A DNA stretch of 64,000 nucleotides from positions 272,056,001 to 272,120,000 of the forward strand of contig OZ024743.1 of NCBI GenBank assembly GCA_964016885.1, written 5' to 3'. The DNA comes from Eledone cirrhosa. Its lineage: Eukaryota. Shown here piece after piece: positions 29,250 through 40,680 of the stretch (position 1 is the stretch's first letter; the number at the start of each line of letters is the position of its first letter). The position numbers and the translations under genes were made by a program. The notes beneath the pieces were generated by a model, which ran no database searches, had not been told where the DNA came from, and saw nothing but the letters and a program-made list of their open reading frames with translations.

Positions 29250-29670
29250 TTAGTGATCTACATGATAAACAATCACCCAGTACACTGTGAAAAGTGGTTA
29301 GTGATAGTAAGGGCATCCAATTCTAGAAAACCTGCCCCATAAAGGGGTAGGACGACTCTACAGCTAACCCCCTTAGTGTTAGTGATTTACATAAACACAC
29401 CCAATACCTTCTGTAAAGTGTTTGGAAAGGCATCCAGCTGTAGAAAACCTGCCAAGTAAATGGTCAGGAGTATTCTTTTGTTGTATCAAGAGCAAGACAA
29501 CCTCCATAGTGTTGGTAATTTACACGATAAACACACTCAGTACATTCTGTAAAGTGGTTGATGGGAAGGGATTCAACTGTAGAAAATATTTCAAATAAAG
29601 AGTAAGGAGGACTCTTCAGCTCTATCAAAGACATGAGAACTTCCCTAGTGTTCGTGCCACAATAAAATGC
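29250..29670 (+). repeat. Tandem triplication of a ~125-140-bp RTE-3'UTR-related unit
   Basis: Three diverged repeats of AAACAC.CCCAGTACA.TCTGTAAAGTGG..GGGCATCCA.CTGTAGAAAA. Confidence 0.65.
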
Positions 29671-30052
29671 ACTTGATCGAGTGGAGGATTATATATAAGC
29701 AAGATGTAGGCCTCTGGACTATCTGAGAAGTCAGCAGCTCTGCCTGTATACTGATTTGTTCTGTTGATTACTTGTCCAACTCATGCTAGCAGGGAAAGCA
29801 GATGTTAAATGATGATAATGATACAGTGAGCAAGAAAAGGAAACAGATTGACAGAGAATGCAGATTTCTTGTGTGAATGAAATCATTTTAGAACACTTGT
29901 CCACCTCTATCGCTTTTTGGTCTGACAATTGTTTTCCATGAATTGTAAATTAGAATTATAGAATTTTTTTTAACAGACTATAGTGTCCAGACTGACAAGA
30001 AGGCTGTACAGTTATTATAATATAAATTCTGTTTTCTATTTTCTTTATTTAG

Positions 30053-30162
30053 GAACAATTGAAACCAAAGGCCATCATATCCAGTGATGTTGTTGTTGAT
30101 GTTTGCTTCAACCCAGTGAAAGATGTCCTCGCATCAGCACACATTGGAGGAGATATTTCTTT
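30053..30162 (+). CDS. WDR55: WDR55 exon 2
   Basis: TTTAG acceptor, EQLKPKAIISSDVVVDVCFNPVKDVLASAHIGGDIS(L), GT donor in phase 2. Matches the first WD40 repeat of WDR55. Confidence 0.9.
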
Positions 30163-30334
30163 GTAAATAACAAATATCATCTTTATAAAGCTAAATATAT
30201 ATACATACACACACATACATATATTTGTTGTATTCATCTATAATATATATATATAAATCAGGATGGATTCAGTTAGAAACTGGTTAGACCATTACTCACC
30301 AGATTACTCAATACTTGGGGTAGTAGAGTATGGT

Positions 30335-30499
30335 TATATGAATGAGTCAAGATCTCGACGGCTGAACTCTTGCCATTTCAACAGCTAGTTTCAGACTGAA
30401 TGGCAAAGGTCATGGCAGTTAAGGCCTTTGCCATTCAGTCTGGAACTAGCTGTTGAAATGGCGAGAGCTCAGCTGTTAGGGTCCTGGCTCATACATATA
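30335..30499. repeat. Fold-back (MITE-like) inverted repeat, ~75-bp arms
   Basis: The inner arm CTCTTGCCATTTCAACAGCTAGTTTCAGACTGAATGGCAAAGG pairs with CCTTTGCCATTCAGTCTGGAACTAGCTGTTGAAATGGCGAGAG. Flanks are TATA. Confidence 0.85.
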
Positions 30500-30525
30500 T
30501 ATATGTGAACTGAACACATGGTGAT

Positions 30526-30619
30526 GTCCAGCAGAATCAAGGGGGACAACCGTCTATGCATTTCAGGCTTAACTGGCCATCGTCAGGACGGTCCCTCCCA
30601 CCGCTTGCGACTGCTGGAC
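30526..30619 (-). ncRNA. Type I minimal hammerhead ribozyme motif, copy 1
   Basis: Minus strand reads ACCGUC-CUGACGA-U GGC cagUUAA GCC U-GAAA-UGCA-UA^GACGGU. Stem I is 6 bp plus an outer 9-bp GUCCAGCAG/CUGCUGGAC. Helix III is the palindrome AUGCAU. Confidence 0.8.
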
Positions 30620-30840
30620 TAGAAGACAGGCAAGAATATATTGTTTTCTTGTCTGTGTAAATGAGGTGATTAATCTCATTTGCATATGAAGCTGCATAAG
30701 TTGGCTCAACTTATAATAGAAAAGAAATAGGATTTCGCTTCAAGCATAGCTTTATACAATATGTATAAATATTTCGTATCTCCAAAGAAATACAGTTTTA
30801 GGAAGCCGTAGCTATGCAAACCGGGAGGGCTGACGCCCTC

Positions 30841-30948
30841 TGGTGATGTCCAGAGGAGGCAAGGGGGACAACCGTCTATGCATTTCAGGCTTAACTGGCC
30901 ATCATCAGGATGGTCCCTCCCACCGCTTGTGACTGCTGGACATCAGCA
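30841..30948 (-). ncRNA. Type I minimal hammerhead ribozyme motif, copy 2
   Basis: Minus strand reads ACCAUC-CUGAUGA-UGGCCAGUUAAGCCU-GAAA-UGCA-UA^GACGGU, with outer stem UGCUGAUGUCCAG/CUGGACAUCACCA. It is a direct repeat of copy 1 at a 322-nt offset. Confidence 0.78.
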
Positions 30949-31465
30949 GCAGACATTATTTGATAAAATATATACAGTATTTCCTCTCCCAATCAGCATA
31001 ATCAACCACACAAAAAATCAATTAAACAAGGCTATAAGATTAAAAGGCACCTATGAAGAAACAATAGATAAATAAACGATGGCTATTTTATTCGCGATCA
31101 ACAGCCACAATATTTACTCAGTATTTCTAATAGCCCGTGGAAATCGATTAGATATATAGCCAATCCATACACAATTAGGTACAAAGTTAGAAGAAAAAAA
31201 ATGTATATAAGCATACCAAAATTATGTCTCTACCCCATGAGGTTTCCAATTGGACAAAGATTTTTCTTAAATGATCCTCGCCAGAAGTGAATTCAAAATG
31301 GCTAAGAACTGTGACGTGGCTAGTGGTCAAGTCAAATAATTCTATGGACGTACTTTCTTGTATATTGCTCTGATTGTTGATTATTTAATTAATTAATTCG
31401 TCATTGAGCCAAATCCTGAATGGTTGCCAAAACCACATATATATATCTATAGCTCTGTCTAGTTT

Positions 31466-31810
31466 ATCATCGTCATCATCATCATTTTACGTCCGCTTTT
31501 CCCTGCTTGCAAGGGTGGGACGGGAACTGATTCTGGCTTGATTTCTACAGCTGGATGCCCTTCCTAACACCAACCTCATTGAGTGTGGGCTGGGTGTTTT
31601 TTTGCCGTGGCACCTCCACGACCACTTTGCAGTGGAATGATATGGACCCCCCAGTCCCTTCCCTATCATCTCATTTCTACAGCTGAGTAAACTGGAGCAA
31701 TGTGAAATAAAGTGTCTTGCTCAAGGAAACAACACATCACCCGGTCTGAGAATTGAACTCACAACCTTTCGATTGCAAAGCCAATGCTCTAACCACTAAG
31801 CCATGTGCCT
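31466..31810 (-). mobile_element. CORE-type tRNA-SINE family A
   Basis: Near-identical to the 35459 copy in reverse orientation. Confidence 0.9.
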
Positions 31811-32647
31811 ACAATATATATGTACAAAATGTAAAGCTTGGGTACATAAAGGATGAAGTGAGTTAACAAGTAGACTAACAGGAAGGGAGAACTTTCCATT
31901 TAGAAGAGGAAGAGTGTTAATGATATAAACCTTTTCCAGTCACAAGAAGGATCCATAGTCATGGTTGATAGCTTCTGCTATCTAGATAACCTAATTAGCA
32001 GCAGAAGAGGGTGCACAGAGTATGATAGCTGGAATAAGGAAGTTTATAGAATTACTCCCACTGCTGACAACAAAATGATCCTCGCCAGAAACGAATTCAA
32101 AATGGCTAAGAACTGTGACGTGGCTAGTGGTCAAGTCAGAAAGTTTGTGATTGGTGCCTTACGGCAAGTGGGCTGGTTGCTAGAAAGCGCAGCCGAATAC
32201 CGCCTAAATTATTTCTCAACCATATGGGAGATTATCAAATATATAGATTTACATAAAAGTACACTGTCTATGCATATCATTTAATTTTGAAAATTTAAAG
32301 TGTTTAATGAAATAACTAACCTTTTTATTAGTAAGCTGATGTTTGAAACATTACTTAACAAAAATTTCTTAAATAAAATTATGATGGAACGTTTTAATAT
32401 AAGTATGATCATTTTAGAATGAGCAGTTATATATCTTAAAACCAGGGTGGTTTTTGGTATTAAAAGGGATATTTGCAGGTTATAGAAGACTACAGAGTGG
32501 GTGTACTTTTTAAAATAAGCAGTTCTGTATTACAAAAACAAGGTAGTTTCAAGCAGTTTAGTATTAAATGAGTTTAACAAACTATTCTATTTGCTCACTG
32601 TCTGTTGTTGCCACCTCATGTTATGTTTTCTGTTCTCTCTTACCCAG

Positions 32648-32833
32648 GCATTCCTATTCCGTGGAAAGTGACAATCAAGATCTCCTCCTATTGCAGCACC
32701 ATAAGAAGTCATGTCGGTGTATTCAGTTCTCATCTGATGGCACACTCTTGTACAGTGCTTCTAAGGACAAATCAATTGCCGCTGTTGATATGAATACTGG
32801 CTCTGTTGCTTGGAACAACAAAACTGCTCATGA
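32648..32833 (+). CDS. WDR55: WDR55 exon 3
   Basis: CAG acceptor, HSYSVESDNQDLLLLQHHKKSCRCIQFSSDGTLLYSASKDKSIAAVDMNTGSVAWNNKTAH(E), GTAAGT donor, phases 2/2. Confidence 0.95.
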
Positions 32834-34101
32834 GTAAGTAACTCTCTAATGAAAGACATCATCTCCGATTTTCAAATAATTTTGAAAATAATCAAGAATT
32901 TGGAGTAATTTACTAATATGACTAACTTTTTCATTATTTACCTGGTATCAGGGCTTGGTCCTCAGCTCACTTCTGTTTATTATAATCCTTCAGGTCATAA
33001 CAGAGGAGTTTAAGATAAGTTCTCTACTAGAACTTCTCTATGATGATGATCTGATTCTTATAGCTGAATCTGGAAGAACTAGAGAATAAATTCCGACTGT
33101 GAATAATGTACAAATATCAAGAAAGCGAACAGTGTATGAGTCCTGATATACACACAGACACATACACACATGCGTGCATGTACATGGAGGGGGGAATATC
33201 AGGGTATAAAAATAGAGCCAGTGTTGGATGTTGCGATGAGATAGAGAATGAGATGGTTGGATCAATTGTTGTAGAAGGATGAAAGTGACTGGTTGGGCGG
33301 AGTGAGGAAAATGAATGTGGAAGGAGCATGAAAGTTGAAGATGATGAGAGGAGATATAGAGGATAGGGCAAAATGGAGTAACCTGTCAGAGGGCCTGTAG
33401 GATTAAACCCTGTTTTAGCAGGGGAAATGGCCTTAAAATGCTGTTTTATTGTCAAATGTTTGAATTTCAATCTTATGATTATAGATATCAGGAGCCTATT
33501 ATTCAGTATAGGACAGTTCCTGTTAGTAGTGAAAAAATGTTTTTACACCTGCTTTTTCTATGCTTGTATGAGTTAGGATGAAAGATTTTGGGGTTATTTT
33601 TCTATAGCTAGGTATCCTTTCTGATGTCAAGCCATACTCTATTTTAAGTATGGTATATATGTCACTAAACTTCTATTGAACTACCATGTGGAAGGGTGTA
33701 TTGTTTATGTAGGATTTAAACAATGTCAATGCTAGCATTTTTTTAATAAATAGTGTTTTGTAGAGAATGGCTTACACTCACATATATCATCATTTAACAT
33801 CTATCTTTCTATGCTTATATGGGTTGGACAGCCTCCCTCTACTGTGAGGTTCAGCAATTTGAGATCAACTTTCACCACTTCAGCTCAAGTTTTTCTCAGT
33901 CTTCTTTTTCCAAAGCTTTCTTCCACTGGAATCACTTGCCACTTTTTCACCCAGTGATATTCATCTATATACATCATGTGTCCATATCTGCAATCTTCTT
34001 TGCTGTATGCAACAACTGATTCTTCTTATGTCAAGTTTTTTTCTTTCAACTCCTCCATACTTCATCTTGCATGCACATTAACATTACACATCAATTGAAG
34101 T

Positions 34102-34420
34102 TTCCTTGCGCAAGACACTTTATTTCACATTGCTCCAGTTTACTCAGCTGTAGAAATGAGATGATAGGGAAGGGACTGGGGGGTCCATATCATTCCACTG
34201 CAAAGTGGTCGTGGAGGTGCCACGGCAAAAAAGCACCCAACACTCACTGTAAAGTGGACGTGTAGGCGCCACGAAAAAGCACCCAGCACTCACTGTAAAT
34301 GAGGTTGGTGTTAGGAAGGGCATCCAGCTGTAGAAATCAAGCCAGAATCAGTTCCCGTCCCACCCTTGCAAACAGGGAAAAAGCGGACGTAAAATGAAAT
34401 GAAATGAATGAATGAATGAA
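34102..34420 (+). mobile_element. 5'-truncated SINE family A inserted in a decayed minus-strand RTE
   Basis: Starts within the CORE domain. TSD TGAAGT at 34096-34101 and 34421-34426. Confidence 0.85.
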
Positions 34421-35000
34421 TGAAGTATGCTCACTCCATTTCTGTCCAGTTCTCTCATATCCGCTGCATTCATTGCCCATGCTTCACTACCATGCAGCAT
34501 TATACTTCACACACACAGTCATCATTCAATCTGCTCTTCGCTTGGATAGTAAATCTCTTTATTGACAACAGTGCCATAAGCTCCCTGAACTTTTTCCATC
34601 CTGTGAAGGCATGTGGCTTAGTAGTTAGAAAATTGGATTTGCAATTGTGATGTTGCAAGTTTGATTCTTGGACCAGGCATTGTGTTATGCCTTTGAGCGA
34701 GACACTTTATTTCATGTTGCTCTTTCTGTCAGGAGTTGCAACCAGTAGATAGTATCAGCAATGGAAAGACCAACGGAAACATTGTTTCCTTGGTCCAATT
34801 TCATGAGTTGCACCCCACTTGGAAAGCAAATAAGGAACATAGCCACTTTGCTGATGGTATCAGAGTCCTGTCTTCTTTCCTACTTACTAAAACTTTGGTT
34901 TTGCTAGGTTTACTCTGAGTTTAGTTTCCACAGTAGGAGGAATTTGGTTGAAATCAGTTAAAGAGTTTCTAAAGAACGTCTTTTGTTATTTCATTTCCAG

Positions 35001-35073
35001 GTCAGCTATTTACAGCTTACTTCTGTTGGGTGACCATTTTCTGGCTTCTGGAGATGATGATGGAACTGTCAAG
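35001..35073 (+). CDS. WDR55: WDR55 exon 4
   Basis: TTCCAG acceptor, SAIYSLLLLGDHFLASGDDDGTVK, GTAACT donor, phases 2/0. Confidence 0.95.
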
Positions 35074-35457
35074 GTAACTTGCTACCTGCTAATATTCCTT
35101 TACTTAACTTTTTCATTATTGTATTTCTATGTGTTACAATATGTTTGGAATATGAACAAGAATTATTATTAAGATGGACTAAGGTGGTGAATTAGTGGAA
35201 TTTTTAGAGTGTCAGGCAAAATATTTTGTGGCATTTAGTTACAGCCCTTTATGTTCTGAGTTCAAATCATGCCAAGGTTAGCTTTGCCTTTCATCCTTAT
35301 GAAGTTGATAAAATTTAGTACCAGTAATGCACCGAGGTTGATTTTAATCAACTTTCCTCTTCCCTTCAAATTGCTGGCCTTGTGCGAAAAGTAGAAATAA
35401 TTATTAAAATGCACCCAGTACATATCATAAAATGGTTGGCATTAGGAAGGGCATTCA

Positions 35458-35802
35458 TGGAAGCACATGGCTTAGTGGTTAGAGCATTGGCCTTGCAATC
35501 GAAAGGTTGTGAGTTCAATTCTCAGACCGGGTGATGTGTTGTTTCCTTGAGCAAGACATTATTTCACGTTGCTCCAGTTTACTCAGCTGTAGAAATGAGA
35601 TGATAGGGACTGGGGTCCATATCATTCCACTGCAAAGTGGTCGTGGAGGTGCTACGGCAGAAAAGCACCCAGCACTCACTGTAAATGAGGTTGGTGTTAG
35701 GAAGGGCATCCAGCTGTAGAAATCAAGCCAGAATCAGTTCCTGTCCCACCCTTGCAAGCAGGGAAAAAGCGGACGTAAAATGAAATGATGATGATGATGA
35801 TG
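35458..35802 (+). mobile_element. Full-length CORE-type tRNA-SINE family A
   Basis: A box TGGCTTAGTGG, B box GAGTTCAATTC, CORE domain, RTE tail and (GAT)n. TSD ATTCA, inside an older RTE 3'UTR. Confidence 0.92.
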
Positions 35803-36449
35803 ATTCAACTGTTGAAACCATGCCAAAATGGCATGGTGTAGTTATTTGACTTGTCAAATTTCAGAACATGACAACTAGTCTAATTCATACTATCATTAGT
35901 CGTAAAATGATGATGATGGTTGTTATGATTATATAATATTTTCATTCCCATATTTCTAATGAAAGAAACTATTCATGGATTTTAAATAATTTTGATGATA
36001 TTCAAGAATTTGGAGTCTTTTTTTTTAATATATATATAATATTCTTATTATTGGGCTTATATGAAGTTGCGATCAGAGCATCTTAGATAAATATTAAAAT
36101 AAACAGCTTTGTATCATAGAACCGAAGAAATCAAGCCAGAATCAGTACTGTGTGAACAAGACACAATCATCTGATCTGGCTTGTCTTCTCAGAATGGGAC
36201 AACTTGTCTAACCCATGCTAGCATGGAAAAAATGGACGTTAAACAATGATGATGATGATAAACATTTGAAAATAAACAGCTAGTATCATAGAACTAGGGT
36301 CAGTTTCAGACAGTTTGGTATCAATAATTTTAAGGAGATTTCTGGCAGATCATCTACATAGTCAAGATCTTTTATCAGTAATTCTAAACATTTTGAACTC
36401 TGTATCATTAACACCAGTATCACTTGCTATATTCTATGTGGAGATCGTC

Positions 36450-37372
36450 ATCACCGCCATTTAACTATTTCCATGTCTGCATGGGTTAGATAGGTTATCA
36501 CGTTCTAAGGCCAGACATGTCAGATGACTGCTTCTTACTCATATGTTCCTTTCTGTTATGGTTTCTATAGCTGGATGCTCTTCATAACACCAACCACTTC
36601 ATGACATGTGCTGGATATTGCTTTATTGTGGCACCACCACTACACTTGACAGAGTGGACTGGGTGTATTTTATGGTACTAGCAATTTACAGAGTGGGCTG
36701 GGGATATTTTATTGTGTAACCAGCACTGCCACTTTATAGAGTGTATGTGGCACTAACATTACTATTTTACAGAGTGTACTGGGTGTATTTTATTGGGGAA
36801 CCAGTATTACTACTTTACAGACTAGGCCGAGTGTATTTTATTGTGGGACCAGCACTACCATTTTACTGACTGGGCTGGGAGTATTTTATTATGACACCAA
36901 CATTACCACTTTTATGACTGGGCTGGGTGTATTTTATTATATAACCAACACTTCCATTTTACGGACAATTCTGGGTATATTTTATTGTAGCACCAGTAAT
37001 ACCACACTACAGAGTGGGTTGGATGTATTTTATTATGGTACCAGCACTACTATAAAGAGTGGGCTGGGTGTATTTTATTGTTGAAGGCAGTACTACCACT
37101 TTACAGAATGTACTGTATTTTATTAAGGCACCAGCACTACCACATTACAGAGTGTACTGGGTGTATTTTATTGTGGAGCTAACACTACTACTTTACAGAG
37201 TGGGCTGGGTATATGTTATTGTGGAAATGCACCTGGGTGTATTTTATTGTGGAACCAGTACTATCACTTTACTGACTTAGCTGGGAATACTTTTTATTGT
37301 TGATCTAGCACAACCACTTTACTGACTAGGCTGGGTATATGTTATTGTGGCAATGGCAGTACCACTTTTCAA
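36450..37372 (-). repeat. RTE 3' end whose ~48-bp 3'UTR unit is expanded to ~17 tandem copies
   Basis: Unit CTGGGTGTATTTTATTGTGG.ACCAGCACTACCACTTTACAGAGTGGG, contiguous with the RTE terminus at ~36450-36600. Confidence 0.85.
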
Positions 37373-37418
37373 TACAGTGTGATCATTTTTTAAATATTTG
37401 TTTCAATTTATTGTCTAG

Positions 37419-37625
37419 ATATGGGATCTAAGATCCAAAGAAACATCAATGGAATTAAAATGCTGTGAAGAATTTATTAGTGACATGGCCATTGATGATG
37501 CCCATAAAATTTTGCTGGCTGCTTCAGGCGAAGGAACACTCACTGCCCTGAATGTGCGCCGCAAGCGGTTGGAACTTCAGTCTGAGCTCTTTGATTCTGA
37601 ACTTTTATCAGTTGCTATAATTAAG
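37419..37625 (+). CDS. WDR55: WDR55 exon 5
   Basis: CTAG acceptor, IWDLRSKETSMELKCCEEFISDMAIDDAHKILLAASGEGTLTALNVRRKRLELQSELFDSELLSVAIIK, GTAATG donor, phases 0/0. Confidence 0.96.
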
Positions 37626-38647
37626 GTAATGTTGTTATTTTCTGTACCTATGGGGGTGGTGGATTGGCTGTATTGGTAGAGTGTTGGACAACATGCTTTG
37701 TGGTATATAGTTACAACCCTTTATGTTCTGTGTTCAAATCCCGCCAAGGTTTCATCCTTACGGAGTTGATAAAATAAAGCACCAATAACGTTTTAGGGTC
37801 GATTTAATCAGCTTTCCTGTTCCCTTCAAATTGCTGGCCTTGTGCCAATTGTAGAAACAATTATTTTCTGAACCTAGGGCAGGGGATTGGCAGAATCTTT
37901 AATGCATTGGGGAAAATGCTTTGAGGCATTTAGTTACAGCCCTTTATGCTTTGAGTTCAAATCCCACCACAGTCAACTTTGCCTTTCATCCTTCTGAGGT
38001 TGATAAAATAAAGATCCAGTCAATTACTGGGATCAATGTAATCAACTTTCCCCTTCCCCTAAATTTCTGGTTTTGTCCCTATGGTGGAAACCATTATGTT
38101 CTGTACCACTTGTTGAAGGCGGTAGATGTGGCAGAGTCATTAGGGTGTTTGATATTTCTTCCAGGTTTCTGTGATCCAAGTTCAAATCCCGCCCAGGTCC
38201 ACTTTGTCTTTCAACCTCTCAGGGTTGATAAGAAAGTACTTGTGCTGCCCTCATTCCCTCCTTCCTTGCAGCTGTCACGTCCTGGATTTTCTTTTGAATC
38301 AAGGGATATAAGTCTATCAAGTTGTCTCTTACTGCTTTCAACTACATGGGCATATAAAAATTCTCAGTGAAAGTATTGTACATACTACCAAGTCACACAC
38401 AATTGTAACTGACAGCTGTAGTTCTATCTGTTGTTGATTCTATTTTTTATGCTGTGAATTTACTCATAGGCGCAGGTTGGCATGGCTGTGTGATTGAGGA
38501 GTTTGTTTTGCAATTGTATGGTTTTGGGTTCACTCCCATTGTATGGCATATTGGATAAGTGTCTTTTACAAGGTGACCAATGCCTTGGAAGTGAAATTTG
38601 GTAGATGAAAACTGTAGAAGCCTGTCATATATATATATATATATACA

Positions 38648-38840
38648 CACAGTGTGTTCACTTTTTACGCAAAGATGTGTACGTGAAAGCGGCGTGTAAA
38701 GCAAATTCGCGTAATTCAAGTTTTTTATTTCTGATAGATAAAAAACTAAAAAAACTACACGTGTTATAGTGTGTTTTCGCACAAAATGAATATTTAACAG
38801 TATTTTTTCAAGAGGCGTTAAAGTGAATTCACAGACTATA
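38648..38840. mobile_element. Possible Tc1/mariner-type MITE
   Basis: Imperfect inverted ends GTGTTCACTTTTTACGC / GCGTTAAAGTGAATTCAC between TA tracts. Confidence 0.4.
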
Positions 38841-39008
38841 TATATATATATGAATAAGTTATATGAAAAAAGATAAAGGTAAGTGAAGAAGTTATTACGG
38901 GTCAAAATCTGAGATTTATTACAGTAAACTATCCAGAAGGCTACATACAATATTTACTCGTATGAACTTCTTGTTTCAAATGTTTAAGTAGACTTATAGA
39001 ACAAATAT

Positions 39009-39184
39009 TACATTGAAAATAAGACCAAATACAGTTAGTTATATCATATTTTAATTAACTCACATTTCTTCTATCTTACAGGATATATAATTAATTAACT
39101 AATAATTAATTATATATCCTGGAAGAAATGTGTGTTAATTAGAATATGATATAACTAACAGCATTTGGTCTTACTTTCAATATA
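39009..39184. repeat. AT-rich fold-back palindrome (~82-89-bp arms, 5-nt loop)
   Basis: Core CAGGATATATAATTAATTA-actaa-TAATTAATTATATATCCTG, with arms extending to CATTGAAAATAAGACCAAAT / ATTTGGTCTTACTTTCAAT. Confidence 0.88.
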
Positions 39185-39211
39185 TAAATATATACATACA
39201 TACATATATAT

Positions 39212-40011
39212 AAGAAGTTCAGGGAGCTACTGCCACTGCTAGCTGCAAAAGGCTTTTCCCTCAAAATGAAAGGCAGACTGTATGATGCGTGTATATGAAC
39301 AGCAATGTTATATGGTAATGAGACCTGGGTGCTGTCTGTGGAGGACTTGCGTAGATTAGAAAGAAATGAAGCCTGCATGCTCCGATGGATGTGTAATAGT
39401 AATATACGTGAACGGCAAAGCATAAATGAATTGAGAGAGACTGAGCATAAGAGGAATCAAATGCTGTGTGCAGGAGAGGCGGTTGTGTTGGTATGGACAT
39501 GTGATGTGTATGGAGGATGACAGCTGCATAAAAGGTGCAGAGCACTAGAAGTTGATGGAAACTGTGGAGTGGGGAGACCCAAGACCTGGGATGAGGTGAT
39601 AAAAGCCGACCTTACCCAGTTGCACCTCTCAAAGATGACACACGACTGTGACCTCTGGCGTCGTGCAGTAATACAGAAGACCCGACCCCCCATGGGTACA
39701 AGCCGAAGCTGAAGCATATAGACAATATGCCCCACACCCTCCCACTGCAAAGCGGTCGTGGAGGTGCCACGGCAAAAAAGCACCCAGCCCACACTGTAAA
39801 GTGGACATGTAGGCACCACGGGAAAAAGCACGCAGCTCTCACTGTAAATGAGGTTGGTGTTAGGAAGGGCATCCAGCTGTAGAAATCAAGCCAGAATCAG
39901 TTCCCATATGAGCAAGACAAGGTCAGCCGACCAGACACTGCCCACAACAGGACAACCCGTCTAAGCTATGCTAGCATGGAAGAACGGATGTAAAACGGTG
40001 ATGATGATGAT
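39212..40011 (+). mobile_element. 5'-truncated RTE family A copy
   Basis: High similarity to 57304-58105. Flanked by (TA)n. Confidence 0.92.
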
Positions 40012-40375
40012 ATATATATATATATATATATATATAATTGGATACTTAGTAAAATCGAATCTCTGGCGGTTTGCAAGCAAATTTGGCCTACTATATGAAA
40101 TGATGAGTTAGCAAAGCACTTGATAAGGTAGGTCCTTAGAGTAATAACATACGTTTAAATAGCTTGACAAATCGAACATTGTGGTAGGCAAAATCTAACA
40201 CAATAATATACCAAAGTAACGATGGAACTAACAGGTTGAGAAAAATACACCTGGACAAATCAAACGATTATACGTTTAAAGTGTTTCTTTGAATCCGAAA
40301 TCAAATATTAGACTTACGTAACTGGCAAGCTCGTGGTATTCATGATCGAACAGAGGATTCAGTTCTTTAACAGGT

Positions 40376-40425
<50 letters not shown>

Positions 40426-40680
40426 GGTGGCTGCCAACTCGTTTTCGAGTACGGCCACTACTTTATATCCATGTAGGAGAACCCCTACCGATGCGCTGAA
40501 CGAGTGTGACTTTTTAGTCCAGCCAGTGACTTGAAAACTCTGGTACAAACACTACACTTGTGACAATTATTGACACATAGTGCTGGGCCCATGGTACCAT
40601 GTGACGACAAGTGCAGAGAGATCTCCAGATATAAAGCAATGCCTGTGCCGTGAAGCTTTTATAGTGAGCAAAGGCACTGC

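Noticed and set aside
35458-35530. tRNA-like heads with A/B boxes
   Set aside because: They are SINE heads followed by CORE and LINE tails, with no complete cloverleaf, so not tRNA genes.
36610-37372. CRISPR-like periodicity
   Set aside because: Whole units are homologous with no unique spacers, the context is eukaryotic, and the unit derives from a LINE 3'UTR.
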